This document shows positions 56,105 through 64,000 of a stretch of 64,000 nucleotides of DNA, piece after piece; positions within the stretch are counted from its first letter, which is position 1, and each line of letters starts with the position of its first letter. Location: contig JBAXUE010000005.1 of NCBI GenBank assembly GCA_037129835.1, positions 13,975 to 77,974 of the forward strand. The letters are read 5' to 3'. Both the position numbers and the translations under genes were made by a program. Source of the stretch: a bacterium. GTDB taxonomy: Bacteria; Patescibacteriota; CPR2; UBA1875; CAIMLA01. The notes beneath the pieces were generated by a model. That model had not been told where the DNA came from, searched no databases, and saw nothing but the letters and a program-made list of their open reading frames with translations.

Positions 56105-58585
56105 TTGTTAGTTGATATACTTCTTCTTTTATTGATTGGGACAATTGCTGTTACTGTTATAATAGTTTCTTTTGTAGTATTTAGACGTTCTAGATATTGG
56201 AAAAAACAGATGGAGCGTTCGTTGAAAATAGTCCCTTTGCTTATTTCAATTCCGCGTGATTCTGGTTCAAAAGACTATGAGGCGAAACAACGCGACGATA
56301 GAGAAGCAATGCACGAGGTGATATCGGTTGCCGAGAACTTCTATGCTAATATCACTACTTTATATGATAAATATAAGATTGTATCAAACTTTATGGTTGG
56401 AGCGCCACATATTACTTTAGAAATCGTAGCTAAAGAGCATGAGATATTCTTTTATATAGCGGTTCCTTATCCATATTTGGATATGGTGGAAAAAGCTATA
56501 AGTTCACAATATCCGGATTCATATATTGAAAGAGCTGCAGAACATAATATATTTAATAAAGATTGGGGAATCGATAAGGTATACGGGGGGGAAATACGCT
56601 CGACGAATAGTTTTTATTATCCCATCAGAACTTATCAGGAGCTAGACTCGGAGCCTCTAGAAAGTATTACAAACGCCATGAGTAAGCTAGAAAAAGATGA
56701 GGGCGCTTGTTTGCAAATTCTATTTCGTCCAGTAAGCCCTAGTATTACAAAAAAGGTTTCAAATATTTCAAGGAAAATGCAGTATGGTAAAAAAACAAAT
56801 TTTATTGATGAAATATTGAATGCAACTCTTTATAAAACGTCGCAGGAAGTGGCAGCAAAAGAGAAACCAGAGCTAACGCCAATGGAAGAAGAGGGGGTAA
56901 AAGCTATAGAAAAATGGGCCTCAAAACATATTTTTGAAGCTCAAATACGTGTTATCGCCTCATCATCTTCGTCAAGTAGATCTAAAGAAATTGTCACAAA
57001 TATTTATTCTACTTTCCATCAGTTTACCAACCAGAGTTTTAATGGTTTTACTTTCGTTCCGGCAAGAAACATAGAAGAACTTGCAACCGACTATATCTTT
57101 CGGTTTTTTGTTCACAGAATAGTCAGCTGGAATACGCAATTTCGGTTTTTCCGAGGTGCTAATGTCTGTTTGAACACCGAAGAGCTAGCATCCATCTATC
57201 ATCTACCAAACTTTTTAGTTAGAACGCCTGGAATAAGGTGGCTAGCTTCAAAAAAATCAGAACCACCAACGTTTATTTCACCCGATGGAGTTATAATCGG
57301 TCGCAGCAATTTTAGGGGAGAAGAGAAAGTCATTAGAATTTCTGAAAATGACAGAAGACGCCATGTTTACATATTAGGGCAGACCGGTACTGGCAAAACC
57401 ACATCTATGATTAACATGATTTTGTCTGACATTAAAGAAGGTAAGGGAGTTTGTTATATTGACCCACATGGTCAAGATCTTGTAGAACATATTTTGCCAT
57501 ATATTCCTAAAGAAAGAGCAGACGATGTTATTGTGTTTGCAGCTGCCGACACCGAAAGGCCGATAGGTATCAACCTTTTTACTGCGAAAACTCAGGAACA
57601 AAAAGACTATGTAATTCAAGAGTTGATAGGGATGTTTTACCGACTCTACGACCCTGGTCATCAAGGTATAGTAGGCCCTCGTTTTGAACATTGGTTTCGC
57701 AATGCAGCACTTACGTTAATGGCAGGTCCAACGCCTGGAACTTTTATAGAGGTGCCGAGAATATTTACAGATGATGAATTTTTAGCCGATAAACTTCAAT
57801 ATGTTACTGACCCGGTGGTAAGAAGCTTTTTTTTGAAGGAAATGGCAGAAACAAGTGACTATCATAAATCTGAAATGCTAGGTTGGTTTGTAGGTAAATG
57901 GAGTGCATTTATGACGAATATGACAATGAGAAATATTATAGGTCAAACAGAGTCAGCTTTTGATATTCGTCAGATTATGGATGACCAAAAGATTCTTCTT
58001 ATTAATCTTGCAAAAGGTCAGGTCGGTGAAGAAAATATGAAACTTTTGGGAATGATGCTAATTGCCAAAATTCAGATGTCGGCAATGTCGCGAGTTGATA
58101 TGCCAGAAGATCAAAGAAAAGATTTCTATCTATATGTGGATGAATTTCAAAATTTCGCAACAGATTCCTTTAGTTCGATACTGTCTGAGGCAAGAAAGTT
58201 CCGACTTTGTTTGACGGTTGGTAATCAGTTTATTGGCCAATTAACAGACGATATTAAGGAAGCCGTTTTTGGTAATGTCGGTTCACTAATGTGTTTTCGT
58301 ATCGGTAACGATGATGCCGAATATATGGCACATCAATTCGAGCCAGTTTTTAATGAACAAGATCTGATTAATTTGGAAAACTACAATAGCGTTACTAAAA
58401 TTTTAGCCAATAGTACCCCCACTAGACCGTTTAGTATGCAAGGCTATAATTACCCACCCGGAGCTAGCAAAGAGATTGGCGATGCTATAATTCAGTTATC
58501 GCGCTTGAAATATGGGCGTCCACGCGATATAGTAGATATAGAAATCCAAGAAAGAATGAGCATTCGAGAATCAGGAGGGAAATGA
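56105..58585 (+). CDS. VirD4/TraD (HerA/FtsK superfamily) coupling-protein-like ATPase
   Basis: N-terminal TM, RHVYILGQTGTGKTT (Walker A), IDPHG, LYVDEFQNF (Walker B), LSEARKF, GNVG. Confidence 0.88.
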   Translation: MLVDILLLLLIGTIAVTVIIVSFVVFRRSRYWKKQMERSLKIVPLLISIPRDSGSKDYEAKQRDDREAMHEVISVAENFYANITTLYDKYKIVSNFMVGAPHITLEIVAKEHEIFFYIAVPYPYLDMVEKAISSQYPDSYIERAAEHNIFNKDWGIDKVYGGEIRSTNSFYYPIRTYQELDSEPLESITNAMSKLEKDEGACLQILFRPVSPSITKKVSNISRKMQYGKKTNFIDEILNATLYKTSQEVAAKEKPELTPMEEEGVKAIEKWASKHIFEAQIRVIASSSSSSRSKEIVTNIYSTFHQFTNQSFNGFTFVPARNIEELATDYIFRFFVHRIVSWNTQFRFFRGANVCLNTEELASIYHLPNFLVRTPGIRWLASKKSEPPTFISPDGVIIGRSNFRGEEKVIRISENDRRRHVYILGQTGTGKTTSMINMILSDIKEGKGVCYIDPHGQDLVEHILPYIPKERADDVIVFAAADTERPIGINLFTAKTQEQKDYVIQELIGMFYRLYDPGHQGIVGPRFEHWFRNAALTLMAGPTPGTFIEVPRIFTDDEFLADKLQYVTDPVVRSFFLKEMAETSDYHKSEMLGWFVGKWSAFMTNMTMRNIIGQTESAFDIRQIMDDQKILLINLAKGQVGEENMKLLGMMLIAKIQMSAMSRVDMPEDQRKDFYLYVDEFQNFATDSFSSILSEARKFRLCLTVGNQFIGQLTDDIKEAVFGNVGSLMCFRIGNDDAEYMAHQFEPVFNEQDLINLENYNSVTKILANSTPTRPFSMQGYNYPPGASKEIGDAIIQLSRLKYGRPRDIVDIEIQERMSIRESGGK

Positions 58586-60585
58586 CAAAGGAAGAAGCTA
58601 AATACCGAAAATCGCAGCAGTTATATCTAGACGCGGGGCGCAGATATACTGATTTGTTATTAAGGGTCTCGAAAAGCAATAGAAAATTATTACAGATTGC
58701 TACAGAAATTAAATCAATCGGTGATAATATCCATGTTTTTGATAGTCCTGTAATTACAAAAGCTTATAATGAAATTATCTCAAATTCACGAATATCGCCT
58801 GAATATCATGGTCTTGTAAAAGAGTTGGAAAAAGTAAAATCTGACCTCGATATTGCGAATTATCAACTTGTGAAAGACCGATTAAAATATTTTTTAGCAA
58901 AGTCCGGCGTTCCTTATACGCAAAATAATTATTCTCCAGAAAAACTTTTTTCTGTTGTTAATAATCCTAATTCTGGATTTCTTGAGAAGTTATCAGTCGC
59001 GGCTCCATATGTAGAGGATGAGATATCTAGGTTTGTTGACTTTATAGATAGCAAAGAAATTCAGATTAAAAATGGCAAAATATCGGCAGCTACTCGAGAC
59101 GCAAAAAATTATCTTCGTAATTTGGAATTAACCTTAATGACGCGGGTAAATAACTCTTTTATATCTGAGAAGAAGATCGATATTAAGGATTTGTATTCTG
59201 AAAAGTTGAATAACGGGCAAAAAGATTTATTTATAGATATGGCCACAGTAGGTGATCAGGAACATATCAGAGAGCTCGAAAGACGGCTATTATCTGGAGA
59301 TGTTACTATTGAAAAAGATCAGATATCACCATTAACGACCAAGGGGAAGCGTTACCTTGATTTACTGGATGAAGAATTTACAAGTCTTTTAGAAAAAAAG
59401 CTGGAAGAAAAACTGATAAATAATAATAATTTATCAAGAAGTGGCAACAAAGTTTTGAACGATATATCCCGTTTAGTAGATGAAAAAGAAGAAATAAATC
59501 TTAAGCATAAAAATTTCAGTAAACGTATTCCGCATGCAAAAGCGTATAGAATGCTTTCACAAAAATATGATAATGACTTAAATGGGATCAAGCTAGATAA
59601 GCAGAACATCCTAAACCAGATAGACGCAATATCTTTATCGGCCATCTCAATTAAAAAGAAACTGTTACTAACGACAACGAGACAGGATGTGTCTATAAAG
59701 GATTCTATATTGCTTGCTTCAGCTTTAGCTTATCTCGGGATTTATGAAAACCAATTATCACATGATGTTTCTGTGTTGGCGGGTAAGCTTGACATAGACG
59801 GTGATTTTGAATCAGATAGATTCAAAGATATTAAGTTTGAAAAGTCAGAAAAAAGCTTTGATTCTCTGTTTGATTCTACCTTGAGTAAAGAGCTAAAGAA
59901 AAAAACAGCTTTTCAAAAAAATCTTGATTTAGTTATACATGAATATGTTTATACTTCTAAGGAATATAAAGACTTTGAAGCTCTTTGTAGCAAGCAAAAT
60001 TTATTGAAAATGAAATTAGCCGATATCGCCATAAATCAGGACTCTTTATATTCAAACTTCTCCCTTTCCGAGAGCCTTTTAGTAGAAATAATTGAGCTTG
60101 AAACAAAGAAAAAGTTACTTGTTACAGAATTACTGCACCAAGCGGACTTGGCACATAAAAAGATTTGGCTCGATAAAATTAAAAAAGATAATAACACATA
60201 TATTGATACGAACTTCGATGGGCATAACATTTTATCGAAAGATTATGCAAGAAAAATCAATGAACAGTTATTTGAAAGATTTGAACTGGAAATAAAAAAA
60301 GTTGCCGAAAAACATCATAAATTACAGCAAAAACACCCGGATGAATTTTATGATTATCTCAAAAAATCTTCACAGCGAGTTAAGAACGGTGAGGATGTCT
60401 CTAAAGTATCAAAGGATATGCTCAATTCATGGAATTGCTATAACGATGATTATGTCATGCTATTAGACGAGATCAATACTGACATGAAAAGGTTAGAAAG
60501 TTACCTGGGTACGTTTGGTGAAAAGTCGCGAAAAGAGATTGAAAAAAATCTAATTTTAGATATTCGCAAAAGAGTAAGAATGTAA
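58582..60585 (+). CDS. Large helical/coiled-coil hypothetical protein
   Basis: 667 aa, K/L/E/D-rich, ATGA-coupled to the ATPase gene. Confidence 0.75.
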   Translation: MTKEEAKYRKSQQLYLDAGRRYTDLLLRVSKSNRKLLQIATEIKSIGDNIHVFDSPVITKAYNEIISNSRISPEYHGLVKELEKVKSDLDIANYQLVKDRLKYFLAKSGVPYTQNNYSPEKLFSVVNNPNSGFLEKLSVAAPYVEDEISRFVDFIDSKEIQIKNGKISAATRDAKNYLRNLELTLMTRVNNSFISEKKIDIKDLYSEKLNNGQKDLFIDMATVGDQEHIRELERRLLSGDVTIEKDQISPLTTKGKRYLDLLDEEFTSLLEKKLEEKLINNNNLSRSGNKVLNDISRLVDEKEEINLKHKNFSKRIPHAKAYRMLSQKYDNDLNGIKLDKQNILNQIDAISLSAISIKKKLLLTTTRQDVSIKDSILLASALAYLGIYENQLSHDVSVLAGKLDIDGDFESDRFKDIKFEKSEKSFDSLFDSTLSKELKKKTAFQKNLDLVIHEYVYTSKEYKDFEALCSKQNLLKMKLADIAINQDSLYSNFSLSESLLVEIIELETKKKLLVTELLHQADLAHKKIWLDKIKKDNNTYIDTNFDGHNILSKDYARKINEQLFERFELEIKKVAEKHHKLQQKHPDEFYDYLKKSSQRVKNGEDVSKVSKDMLNSWNCYNDDYVMLLDEINTDMKRLESYLGTFGEKSRKEIEKNLILDIRKRVRM

Positions 60586-60737
60586 GCTAAAATTATTTGC
60601 TTTTGTGCTTGAATTGAGCTAGAATAATAGTATCAAAAAGAGTGCATTTTTATATATTTAATATCACATCATTTTAGAATCTTGAGAGCGATAATATTGC
60701 TCAAGGAATTCTTAAATTGTGGCTAAGAAAGAAGGCT

Positions 60738-62810
60738 ATGGTAGATAAAACAAAGACGGTAAAATACGATGCTTCATCAATCCAAGTTCTCGAAGGACTT
60801 CAGGCTGTTCGTAAGCGACCTGGAATGTATATCGGTGGTACTGGCAAAGAAGGTCTCCATCATCTTATCTGGGAGATCGTCGACAATGCTATTGATGAGG
60901 CAATGGCTGGTAGATGTGACAACATAGGTGTAATTCTTCATGCCGATGGCTCAGTTTCAGTTTCAGACAATGGCGCAGGTATACCAGTTGATAAACATAA
61001 ACAGACAGGTAAAAGTGCTTTAGAAACAGTTATGACCATACTTCATGCAGGCGGTAAATTTGGCGGCGGCGGCTACAAAGTATCTGGTGGTTTACACGGT
61101 GTCGGAGTTTCTGTAGTAAATGCACTTTCTACATACGTCAAGGCAGAAGTGCGTAAAAGTGGTAAGATTTGGGTACAAGAATATAAAGATGGTGGTAAGC
61201 CGGCTGGTCCGCTTAGAAGTATTGGTGAGACAGCAGAGACCGGGACTATTATCACTTTTATACCAGACCCAGAAATTTTTGAAACTGTAGATTTTGACTA
61301 CAAGGTAGTTTTAGACAGGATTCGCCAGCAGGCTTATCTTACAAAGGGTGTAAAAATAAAACTTACAGACGAGAGAATAAGCGAGAGTTATGCATTTTAT
61401 TTTGAAGGTGGTATCAGATCATATGTAGACCATCTTAATCGAACGAAATCAGCTATCAACGAGCCGATATTTTATGTTGATAAGTCGCTAGACAATGTTA
61501 ATGTAGAGCTGGCTGTTCAGTATACAGATGGTTATACAGACAACGTCCAGACATTTGCTAATAACATTCATACTCCAGAGGGTGGGACGCACCTTACGGG
61601 CTTTAGAACTTCTTTGACGCGCACCCTGAATGATTATGCTAGGAAAAATTCGCTTCTTAAAGACAATGAAAGTAACCTTACGGGTGATGACGTGCGCGAA
61701 GGATTGACAGCAGTTATCTCAGTCAAGCTTGCTGACCCACAATTTGAAGGGCAGACAAAGGCAAAACTCGGAAATCCAGAAATATCAAATATCGTTCAAA
61801 CTGTTTTCACTGAGTATTTTTCATATTATTTGGATGAGAATCCCAATGAAGCTAAGAAAATTATAAATAAATGCTCGCTCTCTGCACGTGCCAGACTGGC
61901 TGCTAGGGCTGCTAGAGATACAGTTATCCGTAAGGGCGTTCTCGAGGGGATGACCTTACCAGGCAAGCTCGCTGATTGTTCTAGTAAAAACGCTGAGATA
62001 TCAGAGATATATATCGTAGAGGGAGATTCAGCTGGAGGCTCGGCAAAACAAGGTCGTGATCGCCGCTTTCAGGCCATATTACCACTACGTGGGAAAATCC
62101 TTAATGTAGAACGTGCCCGTATGGATCGGATGCTTTCTTCTGACGAGGTAAAAGCGCTTATTATTGCCCTTGGTACTGGTATTGGTGAACAGTATGATCC
62201 ATCAAAGCTACGTTATCATCGAGTAATAATAATGACAGATGCCGATGTAGACGGAGCACATATCCGTGCTTTACTTTTGACGCTATTTTATCGTCACTTC
62301 CCAGAGCTTATTTTAAACGGAAATATTTACATCGCTCAGCCTCCCCTGTACAAGGTTCAAAAAGGAAAACAAAAATTTTGGGCTCACGATGAAGCAGAAA
62401 AAGACGAAATACTCGCAGAAATGCTTCAGAATATGAAAACAAAGCCTAGCAAAACAGAAGACGGACTCTTTGAAATTAAGGAGCTTGGTGCAGATACTCA
62501 AGAACCTGAAGACAGTGAAGAGTCGGCAGAAAACGAAGATTTGTCAGAATCTCAAGGTGATGATAATTCAGAATCGGAAATCAAAATTCCTGGGGTTTCC
62601 ATACAGCGCTACAAGGGTCTTGGTGAAATGAATCCAGAACAACTATGGGAGACAACAATGGATCCAGAAAACAGGATTCTGCTTCAAGTTACCGCTGAAG
62701 ATGCGGAAAAGGCAGACGAAATTTTCACTATTCTAATGGGGGACGAAGTCGAACCACGGAAGCGCTTTATACAGACACATGCAGCAAACGTAAAAAATCT
62801 GGATATTTAG
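60738..62810 (+). CDS. gyrB: DNA gyrase subunit B
   Basis: [55 protein letters not shown]. Confidence 0.98.
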   Translation: MVDKTKTVKYDASSIQVLEGLQAVRKRPGMYIGGTGKEGLHHLIWEIVDNAIDEAMAGRCDNIGVILHADGSVSVSDNGAGIPVDKHKQTGKSALETVMTILHAGGKFGGGGYKVSGGLHGVGVSVVNALSTYVKAEVRKSGKIWVQEYKDGGKPAGPLRSIGETAETGTIITFIPDPEIFETVDFDYKVVLDRIRQQAYLTKGVKIKLTDERISESYAFYFEGGIRSYVDHLNRTKSAINEPIFYVDKSLDNVNVELAVQYTDGYTDNVQTFANNIHTPEGGTHLTGFRTSLTRTLNDYARKNSLLKDNESNLTGDDVREGLTAVISVKLADPQFEGQTKAKLGNPEISNIVQTVFTEYFSYYLDENPNEAKKIINKCSLSARARLAARAARDTVIRKGVLEGMTLPGKLADCSSKNAEISEIYIVEGDSAGGSAKQGRDRRFQAILPLRGKILNVERARMDRMLSSDEVKALIIALGTGIGEQYDPSKLRYHRVIIMTDADVDGAHIRALLLTLFYRHFPELILNGNIYIAQPPLYKVQKGKQKFWAHDEAEKDEILAEMLQNMKTKPSKTEDGLFEIKELGADTQEPEDSEESAENEDLSESQGDDNSESEIKIPGVSIQRYKGLGEMNPEQLWETTMDPENRILLQVTAEDAEKADEIFTILMGDEVEPRKRFIQTHAANVKNLDI

Positions 62811-62832
62811 AGAAGATTATCGCTTCCTTTCT

Positions 62833-62856
62833 GTCATTCCCGCGAAAGCGGGAATC
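62833..62856. repeat. Family B singlet between gyrB and gyrA
   Basis: GTCATTCCCGCGAAAGCGGGAATC. Confidence 0.85.
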
Positions 62857-62905
62857 TATATCCAAAAATTAGTAAGAATGATCGGGAAGGAACAAAGGAG
62901 AAAAT

Positions 62906-64000
62906 ATGGCAAAAGAGAAAAAATTATTAGACGAAAAAATGTTTGGTGAAGAGATCGGTTATGTTAAGGAGAGAGACCTTTGTACCGAAATGAAAGAGAG
63001 TTTCCTGGATTATGCCATGTCGGTTATTGTCTCTAGGGCTCTACCAGATGTAAGGGATGGGCTTAAGCCAATTCATAGACGTATTTTATATGCAATGAAT
63101 GATACGGGCGTTCGTTCAACAGCGAAATATCGTAAATCCGCAACCATAGTCGGTGAAGTTATGGGTAAATATCACCCGCATGGTGATTCGGCTATCTATG
63201 AATCCATGGTCCGAATGGCTCAATACTGGTCAATGAGATATCCAATGATAGACGGTCAGGGTAACTTTGGCTCGATGGATGGTGATAGTGCAGCTGCGAT
63301 GCGCTATACGGAAGCACGTATGGCCAAGCTAGCGGACGAAATGCTTGGAGATATCGATAAAGACACAGTGGATTTTGTCCCAAATTACGACGGTAGTCAA
63401 AAAGAACCATCAGTAATGCCGGCCAAACTACCTAACTTACTTTTAAATGGACAACTAGGTATAGCTGTAGGTATGGCAACTAATATACCGCCACACAATC
63501 TCGGTGAGCTCGTAGACGGGATAATCTCGCTTATCGACGAACCTGATTCTACTGTAGAAGATTTGATGAAATACGTTAAAGGGCCAGACTTTCCAACAGG
63601 CGCTCAGATCTATGACCCAGAAATCATCAAACAGGCCTATGCAACAGGACGCGGTTCGATAATCATGCGAGCAGTCGCGGAAATAGAAGAGGATCATAGG
63701 GGATTACAACGAATAATCGTTTCCGAGATCCCATATCAGGTTAATAAGGCTACTTTAATAACTAAAATAGCAGATTTAGTTAAAGAAAAAACAATAGTAG
63801 GTATTAGTGATATTCGCGACGAGTCCGACCGCAAGAATCAAGTTAGAATAGTTGTCGAGCTCAAGAAAGATGCTTTTGCTAGCAAAATATTGAATCAACT
63901 GTATAAGTTTACTCAGATGCAATCAAGCTTCGGGGTTAACATGATCGCTCTTGTTGATGGTATCCAGCCACGTATCATGACCTTGAAGGCTATCCTTGAG
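62906..64000 (+). CDS. gyrA: DNA gyrase subunit A (partial, runs off window)
   Basis: SD AGGAG, ATG 62906; [41 protein letters not shown]. Confidence 0.98.
   Translation, partial: MAKEKKLLDEKMFGEEIGYVKERDLCTEMKESFLDYAMSVIVSRALPDVRDGLKPIHRRILYAMNDTGVRSTAKYRKSATIVGEVMGKYHPHGDSAIYESMVRMAQYWSMRYPMIDGQGNFGSMDGDSAAAMRYTEARMAKLADEMLGDIDKDTVDFVPNYDGSQKEPSVMPAKLPNLLLNGQLGIAVGMATNIPPHNLGELVDGIISLIDEPDSTVEDLMKYVKGPDFPTGAQIYDPEIIKQAYATGRGSIIMRAVAEIEEDHRGLQRIIVSEIPYQVNKATLITKIADLVKEKTIVGISDIRDESDRKNQVRIVVELKKDAFASKILNQLYKFTQMQSSFGVNMIALVDGIQPRIMTLKAILE

Noticed and set aside
56105-58585. Conjugative element / ICE
   Set aside because: No relaxase, integrase, att sites or VirB cluster; it sits in a core context next to gyrBA.
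776-63697. Numerous 60-160-aa antisense or alternate-frame ORFs in the track
   Set aside because: They lie within well-supported genes and show no motifs or start signals, so they are treated as shadow ORFs.

Overview
AT-rich bacterial chromosome segment whose gene content and style suggest Patescibacteria/CPR (inference). It carries housekeeping genes (typA, pyrG, tsaC, mscL, rmuC, pheS-pheT, gyrB, partial gyrA), DinB, AlkD, an Elp3 gene head-to-head with a Trm9-like methyltransferase, two modular secreted glycan-active proteins, a 3222-aa surface protein with a downstream VirD4/TraD-like ATPase, and many small or hypothetical genes. I found no CRISPR array, rRNA, transposase, integrase or reverse transcriptase. 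The most unusual signals are non-coding. (1) A promoter-driven 146-nt CCA-ending tRNA mimic with a ~90-nt hairpin in place of the anticodon arm, followed by a ~300-nt highly structured RNA. (2) Several short palindromic repeat families that flank a GIY-YIG nuclease, insert in frame into elp3 and alkD, and nest inside one another at specific sites. (3) A two-copy covarying pseudoknot-forming element. (4) A positioned motif upstream of three leaderless DNA-repair genes. (5) Six GC-richer, self-contained promoter-SD-ORF-terminator cassettes. All calls were made by eye and no database searches were run.
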